Below, piece after piece: positions 7,575 to 15,918 of a stretch of DNA of 19,591 nucleotides. The notes beneath the pieces are model-generated. The model did no database searches, was not told the DNA's origin, and saw nothing but the letters and a program-made list of their open reading frames with translations. The position numbers and the translations under genes are program-made. Source of the DNA: Myxococcota bacterium (GTDB lineage Bacteria > Myxococcota > UBA4151); NCBI GenBank assembly GCA_036338695.1, contig JAYZBQ010000028.1, forward strand, positions 1-19,591, in the 5' to 3' direction. Numbering within the stretch: position 1 is the stretch's first letter; each line of letters begins with the position of its first letter.

Positions 7575-10500
7575 GGACCTTAGCGACGTGGGTATGGATC
7601 GGGAGCCTGAGCGCATGCCTTGCGCCGAGCCCTTTGGATAACCCGGTGGTCAACGCAGAGCATCAAGCCGGCGGCGCCGCCGTGTGCACGCAAGACAGCG
7701 ACTGCGACCACACCATGGTGTGTTCGGCGGGCGTCTGCCTGGCGGCGGGCGGTGACCGCGCCGTATGCGGCAACGGCGTCGTCGATGAGGGCGAGGCCTG
7801 CGACGACGGCAACGCCGAGGACAACGACGCGTGCAGCAACGCCTGCGTGGTGGCGCGCTGCGGTGACGGAGTGGTGCGAACAGACCTTGCACCCGCCGAC
7901 AGTGAGTACGAGCAGTGCGATGACGGCAACCAAGACGACACCGACGCGTGCACCAACGCCTGCCAGGTCGCACGCTGCGGCGACGGGATCGTCCGAGCCG
8001 ACGCCGACGAGGGCGAATCTTGCGATGACGGCAACGAGATCAACACCGACGCGTGCACGAACGAATGTCAGGCTGCGCACTGCGGTGACGGGATCACCCG
8101 TGAAGACGTCGCCGAGGGCGCCGAGGGCTATGAGGCGTGCGACGACGGCAACAACGACGACGATGACGCCTGCTACGACTGTCAAAACGCACGGTGCGGC
8201 GATGGCGTGGCGCGAACGGACCTCTCGGGCGCTGATGAGGGCGCCGAGGCTTGCGATGACGGAAACGAGATCGAAACAGACGGCTGTCTGAGCAGCTGCG
8301 ACCTGGCACGCTGCGGTGATGGTCACACACAAGACGGGGTCGAGGACTGCGACGACGGCGACCAGGACGACACCGACGAGTGCACCAACGCGTGTGGGGG
8401 CGCACGCTGCGGCGACGCAATCACCCGGATGGACCTTGAGGAGGGTAATGAGTTCTTTGAGGCTTGCGACGACGGCAACCAAGTGCAGACCGACGACTGC
8501 CTAAACGACTGCACCGCGGCGTCGTGCGGCGACGGCCACCTCCAAGCAGGGGTTGAAGGCTGCGACGACGGCAACGTGGACCCTGGGGACGGCTGCGACG
8601 GGCTCTGCCGCTTGGAGTCGTGCGGTAACGGGCGAGTCGATGCGGGGGAGGAATGCGATGACGGCGACCAAGACAACACCGACGCGTGCATGAACGAATG
8701 TCAGGCTGCGCGCTGCGGCGACGGTGTTGAGCGTGAAGACCTCAATGACGGGGACGAAGGCTTTGAGTCATGTGATGATGGCAACGAGATCAACACAGAC
8801 GATTGCACGAATGAATGTCAGGACGCGCGCTGCGGCGATCGCTACGTTCAAGCGGGCGTTGAAGAGTGCGATGATGGAAATCAGATCGATCAAGATCAGT
8901 GTAGAGAAAATTGCCAAACAAATAGGCTGCCGACGCTCGCAGCGGTGACGATTAGTCCTTTATCGTTGACCAAAGGAGCTTCTGCTGCCTGTGCCCCGTC
9001 ATTGCCTGGAGCAATCGATCGGGAGGGCGATGACATCGTTTACGGCTACCAATGGTTCATTGGTGGGGACGAGATCTCAACAAACCGGACGATTATTGTG
9101 ACGCATAATCCGGGTGTATCACTGGTTTGCGCGGTCACTGCGAACGATTACGAATGTGAGCTTCGTGGTCGCTGCGGAACGCCGGTCCGATCAAATCCGG
9201 TGGTCATCGGACACAGATGCGGTGACTCGGTCGTCCAACAGGGCGTTGAAGAGTGCGACGATGGTAACGAGGACAATACCGACGCTTGCGTTAACTGCAG
9301 TAACGCTCGATGCGGCGATAGTCACGTTCATGACGGCGTGGAAGCCTGTGATGATGGCAACGACAACAACAATGACCAGTGTCGAAACGATTGCACGGCT
9401 TCTGCGGTTTGCGGCAACGGCCAAGTTGAACAGGGCGAGCAGTGCGATGACGGCGACCAGGACGACACGGACGCGTGCACCAACGCCTGTCAGGCTGCAC
9501 GCTGCGGGGACGGTATTGAGCGTGAGGACCTCCAAGACGGTCAGAACGGTTTCGAGGCTTGCGATGATGGGAACAACATCGATACCGACGCCTGTTTGAC
9601 GAACTGTCAGGACGCTCGGTGCGGTGATAATCGTCTTTGGCAGGGTGAAGAAGAATGCGATGATGGAAACACCGACAACGGTGATGGATGCGATCAGAAT
9701 TGCGATATCGAAGAGCCGGATTCAGCGCTGATCACAGCGGGTGATTTTCATACCTGTGTGGTGCGCGACCTAAACGAAGACGGCAATGGGCACATCTGGT
9801 GTTGGGGCGAGAACACGCACAAACAGCTCGCTATCAACAACAATAATATCCAATTCCGAGCCCCGGCGGAGCGGATCACGAGTCAAGAACAGGCTTGGGA
9901 GGCGATCGGTGCTGGTGCACGCTTTACACACGCATCGCATGGTGCGGTGGTTTATAGTTGGGGGTCATCCATGATATCCAATAACGGCTTGGGCTGGGGT
10001 GTAAATGAGGGTGTCACTCAGTGGCAACGGTCCGAATTTGGTGCGATGCCTCTGACTCAGAGGTCTTGGGGTGAAGAGGACGTCGTCGAAATTGCTGGCG
10101 GTCATGCTATGTCCGCTTTTCGTACCGACTCTGCTGTCTATGTGGTGGGCTGTTCAATTTTCAGAAATGATTCCAACAATCTCGCTTGTCGGCCGGGTTT
10201 GAAGTGGTCAACTGAAGGCCAAGTGAACCGCGCGGAATCAATTCAAATCAGCGTGGATGGAAACGATCAAAACTTTGCAGCGGTCGACATGATGATTGGC
10301 GACAATTATCTGTGTGCCAAGCAAAGAGATAACGCAGTGTATTGTCTGGGGTCGAACATACCTGCCGTTGCGTTGGGTCGGTATAATTTTGACGGTGGTG
10401 CAACGTGGTGGCGAGGTGAGATCGCTAGGGTTCAGCACCCCCAAAACAACAATGATGATGATTGGTTACAGGCAACCGTTGAGGGTTTGGCAGCAGGCGC

Positions 10501-11026
10501 GAAAGGGCTCAATTGTGTGAACACCAACAACCAAATTCAATGCATTGGATTCCATGCCGGTCAGGTGCAGAAGATGACCATACGTCGAGGGGATGGTAAT
10601 GCCCTAATCTTGAATCAACCCCTACGCGACTTAGCCGTAGCTGAGTCGGTGGGTTGTTTTGTGGATCATGGCGGTTGCGTGAAGTGCTTTGGGTCGAACC
10701 ACGAAGGTCAACGCGGCAACGGTCAAAGAGAGAACTGCGGACAAAACCAGTGCCATTTTGACCGTGCGACACCCGTCGAAGCGTTTTGTCGACAGAACGA
10801 TCCCCTCGGTGACGGAAACATCACCAACGTAGTTGTCGGTGCGACGCACACTTGCGCGGCGACGGCGAACGGCGAAGACGTCTGGTGCTGGGGCAAAACT
10901 GATAAGGGTCAAGCGGGTTCGCAAGCACAGGGTATTTCACACTGTCTGTGTCCCGTTCAGGTCTTGTTTTCAGACAATGAGAATGAGCCTCAACCGACTT
11001 GTCCTATGGGTTGTAGCTCCAATTAG
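7571..11026 (+). CDS. Large lipoprotein (~1151 aa): 16 Cys-rich repeats, an internal Ig-like domain and a C-terminal RCC1/BLIP-II-like beta-propeller
   Basis: Start reassigned to ATG 7571 (coupled to the upstream TGA; lipobox [16 protein letters not shown]). 11 + 5 CDDG(N/D) units flank a beta-rich domain (~8921-9215). RCC1-type motifs [53 protein letters not shown]. Confidence 0.9.
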   Translation: MRTLATWVWIGSLSACLAPSPLDNPVVNAEHQAGGAAVCTQDSDCDHTMVCSAGVCLAAGGDRAVCGNGVVDEGEACDDGNAEDNDACSNACVVARCGDGVVRTDLAPADSEYEQCDDGNQDDTDACTNACQVARCGDGIVRADADEGESCDDGNEINTDACTNECQAAHCGDGITREDVAEGAEGYEACDDGNNDDDDACYDCQNARCGDGVARTDLSGADEGAEACDDGNEIETDGCLSSCDLARCGDGHTQDGVEDCDDGDQDDTDECTNACGGARCGDAITRMDLEEGNEFFEACDDGNQVQTDDCLNDCTAASCGDGHLQAGVEGCDDGNVDPGDGCDGLCRLESCGNGRVDAGEECDDGDQDNTDACMNECQAARCGDGVEREDLNDGDEGFESCDDGNEINTDDCTNECQDARCGDRYVQAGVEECDDGNQIDQDQCRENCQTNRLPTLAAVTISPLSLTKGASAACAPSLPGAIDREGDDIVYGYQWFIGGDEISTNRTIIVTHNPGVSLVCAVTANDYECELRGRCGTPVRSNPVVIGHRCGDSVVQQGVEECDDGNEDNTDACVNCSNARCGDSHVHDGVEACDDGNDNNNDQCRNDCTASAVCGNGQVEQGEQCDDGDQDDTDACTNACQAARCGDGIEREDLQDGQNGFEACDDGNNIDTDACLTNCQDARCGDNRLWQGEEECDDGNTDNGDGCDQNCDIEEPDSALITAGDFHTCVVRDLNEDGNGHIWCWGENTHKQLAINNNNIQFRAPAERITSQEQAWEAIGAGARFTHASHGAVVYSWGSSMISNNGLGWGVNEGVTQWQRSEFGAMPLTQRSWGEEDVVEIAGGHAMSAFRTDSAVYVVGCSIFRNDSNNLACRPGLKWSTEGQVNRAESIQISVDGNDQNFAAVDMMIGDNYLCAKQRDNAVYCLGSNIPAVALGRYNFDGGATWWRGEIARVQHPQNNNDDDWLQATVEGLAAGAKGLNCVNTNNQIQCIGFHAGQVQKMTIRRGDGNALILNQPLRDLAVAESVGCFVDHGGCVKCFGSNHEGQRGNGQRENCGQNQCHFDRATPVEAFCRQNDPLGDGNITNVVVGATHTCAATANGEDVWCWGKTDKGQAGSQAQGISHCLCPVQVLFSDNENEPQPTCPMGCSSN

Positions 11027-13191
11027 CTTCGGTTCCTTCGCCTCAAGCCGATCAGCCCGAGCAGCCAGAGCGCGTCGAGCCCGCCCGCGCTTGAGCAGCC
11101 GCAGCCAGCGCCCGGTGTGATCGGGGCGGGACAGCTCGGGTCGGTGCCCTCGAGCGTTGCGCAGGTCACCGGCGCGCAATCGCTCGAGCAGGATGCCAGC
11201 GCAGCGTTCGTGTTTTGCTCGCCATCATCGCAGGACTCATAGCCTGCCTCACCCTCGCTCAGGTCGTCGCGCAAGACACCGTCGCCGCAGGTCGCCAGCA
11301 CGCAGCCGTTTCGGCAGGCGTCTGTCTCGACCTCATTGGCGTCGTCGCAGCCCTCAAAGCCCTCTTCGCCAGCGCTTAGGTCCGTGCGGGTGAAGCCGTC
11401 GCCGCACTGAGCGGGGGTGCAGTCGGTTAGGCAGGCGTCGTCGTTCGCCTCGTTGCCATCATCGCAGCCCTCGAGGCCTGCGCGCAGATAGCCGTCGCCG
11501 CAGACAGCCGTGACACACCCTGAGACGCAGCCGTCGCTGTCCGAGCTGTTGCCGTCGTCGCACGCCTCCACGCCGGCTTGAACGTAGCCGTCACCGCAGC
11601 GCGCCGGCTGGCAGTCGGCGCAGGCGTCGGTGGTGTCCTCGTTGCCGTCATCGCAGCGCTCAAAGCCGTCATCACCATCTGGGATGTCTGTCCGCACGAC
11701 GCCGTCGCCGCAGCGCGCCGGCTGGCAGACGTTGGTGCAGGCGTCGTCGTCGGCTTCGTTGCCGTCGTCGCAGCCCTCGACGCCCAAGAACACCACCCCA
11801 TCCCCGCAGCGCGCAGGGGTGCACGCCCCGGTGCAGGCGTCGTTCTCCACAGCGTTGCCGTCGTCACATGCCTCGTCCTCGCCATGCACGAAGCCATCGC
11901 CGCAAGCCGCCGGGACGCAGCCCTCGACGCAGTCGTCACCGTTGTCTTGGTTGCCGTCATCGCAGGCCTCAAAACCCTCGGCGCCCTCTTCAAGGTCGGT
12001 TCGCACCACCCCGTCGCCGCAGACCGCCAGCAGGCAACCGGCTCGGCAGGCGTCGGTGTCGACGTCGTTGCCGTCGTCACAGGCCTCAAAGCCCTCCTCC
12101 TCAGGGGCTCGATCGGTGCGCCGGATCCCGTCGCCGCAGCGCGCTTGGACGCAGGAGGCGGTGCAGCCGTCGGTGTCGAGCTCGTTGCCGTCGTCACAGG
12201 CCTCAAAGCCTTCGTCGCCTGGGGCGAGGTCGCCTCGCTGGATGCCGTCGCCGCATGCGGCCTGCGCGCAGCTGCTCGTGCAGGCGTCTTCATCGACCTG
12301 GTTGCCGTCATCGCAAGCCTCAAAGCCGTCCTGACCGGCTTGTAGGTCGTCGCGGACGACGCCGTCGCCGCAGGCGGCGAGGCTGCAGTCGTTCTTGCAG
12401 CCGTCGGTGTCGACCTCGTTGCCGTCGTCGCAGGCTTCGTTGGTGTCGACGTGCTCGTTGCCGCAGGCGCGCTCAAGGCACGAGTTGGCACAGGCGTCGT
12501 CGTTGTCCCGGTTGCCGTCGTCGCAGTCTTCGTCCTCGTCGACGATCCCGTTGCCGCAGTTGGAGCTGTTCCCCCAGATCAAGGTGTCGCTCATTACGGT
12601 CGAGCCGCCTTGGCTGATCGTCGCGCCCGCCATGGCGTCGTCGTTGCAATAGAAGAACAGGGCGATCGGCTCGTCGGTCTCAAGACCGACAAAGCGGGAG
12701 TCGGAGCGAGGGGTCCAGCGCACCTGGCCGAGCAGGCGCCCTTCGGCGTTGAAGGCGACGAGGTATTGGGTGCCGTTGCGCCCGGCGGTCAGCCCGATCT
12801 GATTGACGGGGCGGTCAAAGGTACCCATCGGACAAAACCAGATGGTGTTTCCTGCGGCGACACCGCCAGCGCTCGTGTTGGGGAAATAGTTGCCCGGGTT
12901 CGGGCGGCACATCGGGCGCGCAAGGTTGCCTCGGACCAGCTGGTTTTGACCGTGATAGAGCCCGGGGCGGACCCGCTGGATGTCGCCGTTATGGAGCGTC
13001 AGACCGTCGGCAGCGTAGGTGTCGTTGCGCTGACCGTTGCCGCAGTAGCTCGTCCAGTCGGCGGTCCCGAGCGGTCGCCCGTTGAGGATGTCGTCTGCGT
13101 GATTCAGGGCGCGCACCTCGCCTTGCGCGGTCACGGTACCCGCCGCGGCGGGCAGGGCGAAGAGGGTCAAAGACAGCGCCAGAGATCGCAT
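11023..13191 (-). CDS. MYXO-CTERM-anchored surface protein (~722 aa): N-terminal beta-sandwich-like domain plus 13 Cys-rich repeats
   Basis: Start reassigned to ATG 13191 (AAGGAG 5 nt upstream; signal [17 protein letters not shown]). 13 CDD(G/A)(N/E) units. C-terminus [29 protein letters not shown] = GCGC + hydrophobic helix + Arg cluster. Confidence 0.9.
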   Translation of the reverse strand: MRSLALSLTLFALPAAAGTVTAQGEVRALNHADDILNGRPLGTADWTSYCGNGQRNDTYAADGLTLHNGDIQRVRPGLYHGQNQLVRGNLARPMCRPNPGNYFPNTSAGGVAAGNTIWFCPMGTFDRPVNQIGLTAGRNGTQYLVAFNAEGRLLGQVRWTPRSDSRFVGLETDEPIALFFYCNDDAMAGATISQGGSTVMSDTLIWGNSSNCGNGIVDEDEDCDDGNRDNDDACANSCLERACGNEHVDTNEACDDGNEVDTDGCKNDCSLAACGDGVVRDDLQAGQDGFEACDDGNQVDEDACTSSCAQAACGDGIQRGDLAPGDEGFEACDDGNELDTDGCTASCVQARCGDGIRRTDRAPEEEGFEACDDGNDVDTDACRAGCLLAVCGDGVVRTDLEEGAEGFEACDDGNQDNGDDCVEGCVPAACGDGFVHGEDEACDDGNAVENDACTGACTPARCGDGVVFLGVEGCDDGNEADDDACTNVCQPARCGDGVVRTDIPDGDDGFERCDDGNEDTTDACADCQPARCGDGYVQAGVEACDDGNSSDSDGCVSGCVTAVCGDGYLRAGLEGCDDGNEANDDACLTDCTPAQCGDGFTRTDLSAGEEGFEGCDDANEVETDACRNGCVLATCGDGVLRDDLSEGEAGYESCDDGEQNTNAALASCSSDCAPVTCATLEGTDPSCPAPITPGAGCGCSSAGGLDALWLLGLIGLRRRNRS

Positions 13192-13220
13192 AGGGGCTCC
13201 TTGCTTGGAGCCCAAGCCTA
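13191..13220 (-). promoter_or_regulatory. RBS-occluding hairpin with a mutually exclusive alternative stem
   Basis: The mRNA reads UAGGCUUGGGCUCCAAGCAAGGAGCCCCUAUG: GGGCUCC/GGAGCCC covers the SD, and GCUUGG/CCAAGC is an alternative stem. Confidence 0.4.
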
Positions 13221-13240
13221 ACGAAAAATCGGCGCGCTTC

Positions 13241-14233
13241 CTAGGCGTCGAGCCCTTGCTCGAGCCGCTCATACTGCGAGTCGGTGTAGAACTGTTTGAC
13301 CCACTTTCGGAAGATCCCGATGGGGCCGTCACCGTCGCAGAGCACCGGAGGCGAGATGTAGATCTTGTTCTCCCAGATCGGGATGTCTTGCTCGAGCTCG
13401 CGGATCACTGCGGCGCGAAATTTGGACGAGACCAGCTCGAGCATCGCCGGGTCATCGATCATCGAGCCGCCTAAGGTCTTGCGCAGCATAAAGTTGAAGC
13501 GCACGTGCACACGCTCGCCGTCGATGGGGGTCGATGAGGAGACCAGACAGGTCTCAGCGATCCCAAAAAACCGGGTCTGCGTGTAGCCAAAGCCGTAGAG
13601 GTCCGAGGTGATTTTGCCTTCGACCGGCATGCCCTTGTAGGTCATGGTCGCTGGGCTCTTCATGTGCAGGATATGCCCCTCGCGCTCGGCCTCGGTCGGC
13701 GGGATGTTTTGGGTGCCGTGCAGGTAGTGGAAATGCGCTGAGTCCACGGCGTTCTCCGCCATCTCCTGGTTGTGCGTACGGATGATCCAGTCCTTGCGGG
13801 TGTAGTCGGTCCACTCGGGGTGGCCGTACTCGGGCGCCTCGGGCGGGTCCCAGTGCGGCGCCTCGCCGTCGGGGTGGTACCAAGCCAGCACCAGCCCGCT
13901 GCGCTCGACCACGTGCCAAGCCCTCGTGTCCGCTCTTTTGGGCTGCCGGGTGGCGTAGGGCACGTCGGTGCAAGCGCCCGTGCAATCAAATTTCCAGGCA
14001 TGGAACGGGCAGACGACCGAGTTGCCCTCCACGCGGCCGCCGTGCCCGAGGTGTGCGCCGAGGTGTGGACAATAGGCGTCGAGCAGACCTAGCTTTTGGT
14101 CCTCGCCGCGAAAGAGCACCAGGTGTTGTCCAAAATAATGAAGCGGGACGACGGCGCCGACGTCTAGGTCTTCACTGTAGGCGATCTGAAACCAACCGAC
14201 GGGAAACGAGGGCATGGGGAAGCGACGCGTCAT
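13241..14233 (-). CDS. Rieske non-heme iron oxygenase, KshA (3-ketosteroid 9-alpha-hydroxylase)/Neverland-like
   Basis: Start reassigned to ATG 14233 (GGAG 5 nt upstream; ~330 aa). Rieske CPHLG...CPFH; mononuclear Fe motif ENAVDSAHFHYLH; C-terminal QDIPIWENK..PPVLCDGDGPI..FRKWVKQFY. Confidence 0.92.
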   Translation of the reverse strand: MTRRFPMPSFPVGWFQIAYSEDLDVGAVVPLHYFGQHLVLFRGEDQKLGLLDAYCPHLGAHLGHGGRVEGNSVVCPFHAWKFDCTGACTDVPYATRQPKRADTRAWHVVERSGLVLAWYHPDGEAPHWDPPEAPEYGHPEWTDYTRKDWIIRTHNQEMAENAVDSAHFHYLHGTQNIPPTEAEREGHILHMKSPATMTYKGMPVEGKITSDLYGFGYTQTRFFGIAETCLVSSSTPIDGERVHVRFNFMLRKTLGGSMIDDPAMLELVSSKFRAAVIRELEQDIPIWENKIYISPPVLCDGDGPIGIFRKWVKQFYTDSQYERLEQGLDA

Positions 14234-14882
14234 AACATCTCCGTGTGCGCCCGCCTCGGACGCCCGCTCGGCGAAGACTAGAACATGTTCTAGTTGGGGG
14301 AGGCAAGGGCGCAAGGGCGGCGCCTGGGCGCTGCTGCTCGTTTTGCTCGCCTCGGTCTCGCCGGCGGCTGCGAAGACCTCTTCTGAGGTCATTGCGGCGT
14401 CGAGCCAGCCGGTCGTGCGCGTGACCCCGGTCAAGGGGTCGTCGGCGCCCAAGTTGACCATCGAAGTGCTCGTCGATGCGCCGATCGAGAAGGTCGCTCG
14501 TGTGGTGGGCGCCTGCAGCGACTACGTTGGCGTCATCCCTCGCGTCCAGAAGGTGATCCTGCACAAGCGGGGCGTGCCGCATCACGTCTGCGAGCTCTTC
14601 CTCGACATGCCGTTTCCCTTCGCAGATGTCCGCTCGACCATCGGCTACACGGGCAGCGTGACCGCCGATGAGGTGGTGATGCGTTACCAGCAGGTCCGCG
14701 GCGACTATCGTGTGCACGACGGCATGTGGCGACTGCGGGCGCAAGGTCGCCAAACGCACATGCGCTACAGCCTGCACATCGACTTAGGGCAGCCGCTGCC
14801 TAAGTGGATCATCAATATCTTCACAAAGGACGCGCTGCGGCAGACGGTCAAAGAGGTCGCCCGCCGAGCGCAGGCGCTCTAG
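14214..14882 (+). CDS. Secreted SRPBCC/START-fold (polyketide cyclase-like) lipid-binding protein; start uncertain
   Basis: Signal-like WALLLVLLASVSPAAA; VLVDAPIEKV..VV...DY...IP.V; GD....DGMWRL; T.MRY...ID.G.PLPKWIIN. The start is problematic (see findings). Confidence 0.72.
   Translation: MGKRRVITSPCAPASDARSAKTRTCSSWGRQGRKGGAWALLLVLLASVSPAAAKTSSEVIAASSQPVVRVTPVKGSSAPKLTIEVLVDAPIEKVARVVGACSDYVGVIPRVQKVILHKRGVPHHVCELFLDMPFPFADVRSTIGYTGSVTADEVVMRYQQVRGDYRVHDGMWRLRAQGRQTHMRYSLHIDLGQPLPKWIINIFTKDALRQTVKEVARRAQAL
14277..14294. promoter_or_regulatory. Perfect 18-bp palindrome containing a KstR-like operator box
   Basis: ACTAGAACATGTTCTAGT is its own reverse complement; core 14279-14292 = T-AG-AAC-AT-GTT-CT-A; ~45 bp upstream of the Rieske ATG. 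Confidence 0.75.
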
Positions 14883-15802
14883 ACCTCGAAGGGGGTCAGC
14901 ATGGAGCGCATGAACTCGATCCGGCCGCGCACGCCGTCGCCATAGAGCTTCTGGACTTTGAGCGTCAGCTCGCCCGGGCGGCCGCTGCCCACGTCGCGGC
15001 GGTCAACCTGTCGCACCGGCGTGATCTCGGCGGCGGTGCCGGTCATAAAGACCTCGTCGGCCACGTACAAAGCGTCGCGCCCAAACAGGGTCTCATCGAC
15101 GCTGACGCCTAAGTGGTCGAGGATCTCGATCGCAGTGCGGCGCGTGATGCCAGCGAGGATGTTGGTCACCGAGGGTGTTTTGACCACGCCGTTTTTGATC
15201 GCAAAAATGTTCTCGCCGGTGCCCTCGGCGACCAGCCCGTGCGCGTCGAGCATGATCGCCTCATCGAAGCCGTTATCGTTCGCCTCGTAGCGCGCCAGGA
15301 TCGAATTCACGTAGTGACCCACGACTTTGGCGCGCTGCAGCGTGGAGCCGACGGCGTGGCGCGCAAAGCTCGAGGTGCACGCGCTGATGCCGTTCTCCAT
15401 CCCCTCGGCGCCGAGGTACGCACCCCACTTCCACACGGCGATCGCCACGTGGACGGCGTTGCTGCGGGCGCCCAAGCCCATGGCGCCCGAGCCAAGGAAC
15501 ACGAGCGGCCGGATGTAGGCTTCGGTCATCCCGTTCCGGCTCAGCGTCTCAAGGCAAGCCTGCCGCACCTCCTCTTTGGTGTGCGGGATGGTGATGTGGC
15601 ACATCTTGGCTGAGTCGTAGAGTCGATCGAGGTGCTCATCGAGTCGAAACACCGCTCCGGTGCCGTCGTCTTGCGTGTACGAGCGGATCCCCTCGAACAG
15701 CCCGAGCCCGTAGTGGAGGGTGTGGGAGAGGACATGGATGTTGGCTTCGTCAAAGGGGACAAAGGCGCCATCCATCCAGATTTCTTTCGACCGTACTGAC
15801 AC
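14879..15802 (-). CDS. ilvE: Branched-chain amino acid aminotransferase (class IV PLP)
   Basis: IWMDG, LHYGLGLFEGIR, FRLDEH..RL..SA, YIRP, AKVVGHYVNS (PLP Lys), EGTGENIF, ILAGITR, ADEVFMTGTAAEITPV; GGAGG precedes GTG 15802. Confidence 0.95.
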   Translation of the reverse strand: MSVRSKEIWMDGAFVPFDEANIHVLSHTLHYGLGLFEGIRSYTQDDGTGAVFRLDEHLDRLYDSAKMCHITIPHTKEEVRQACLETLSRNGMTEAYIRPLVFLGSGAMGLGARSNAVHVAIAVWKWGAYLGAEGMENGISACTSSFARHAVGSTLQRAKVVGHYVNSILARYEANDNGFDEAIMLDAHGLVAEGTGENIFAIKNGVVKTPSVTNILAGITRRTAIEILDHLGVSVDETLFGRDALYVADEVFMTGTAAEITPVRQVDRRDVGSGRPGELTLKVQKLYGDGVRGRIEFMRSMLTPFEV

Positions 15803-15918
15803 AAAACCTCCGAGCAGCGTCGCACCCTCCGTCAAAGGGTCGATCTCGGCAAGCCCGAAGACGCGTTATAGTCCATAATAAGGTCAGGGCTCGACCTGAC
15901 GACGGAGATGAAAACGAG

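Noticed and set aside
1..12560. Periodic TGCGACGACGGCAAC-type DNA repeats resembling a CRISPR array
   Set aside because: The repeats are degenerate at third codon positions, stay in frame, encode CDDGN, have related intervening sequence, and no cas genes are present.
240..12652. Many long alternative-frame and antisense ORFs over the Cys-rich genes (e.g. 240..836, 1188..2459, 7580..8482, 11427..12491, 11578..12345)
   Set aside because: Shadow ORFs from GC-rich repetitive codons; their products (TATT, PSSQAS, VVAV, poly-Arg) are just other readings of CDDGN/CGDG.
14281..14290. GAAC..GTTC read as a Gram-positive LexA (SOS) box
   Set aside because: That box has a 4-nt spacer (GAAC-N4-GTTC); here the spacer is 2 nt, and the flanking genes are not DNA-repair genes.
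7514..15835. ORF-track starts at 7514, 13332, 14461 and 15835
   Set aside because: Downstream starts (7571, 13191, 14233, 15802) have an RBS or stop-start coupling, give proper signal peptides or family-typical N-termini, and for the first three avoid long overlaps with neighbours.
15865..15880. AT-rich TTATAGTCCATAATA as divergent -10 elements for ilvE and the lipoprotein
   Set aside because: Plausible location, but I found no matching -35 element, so a specific promoter cannot be supported.
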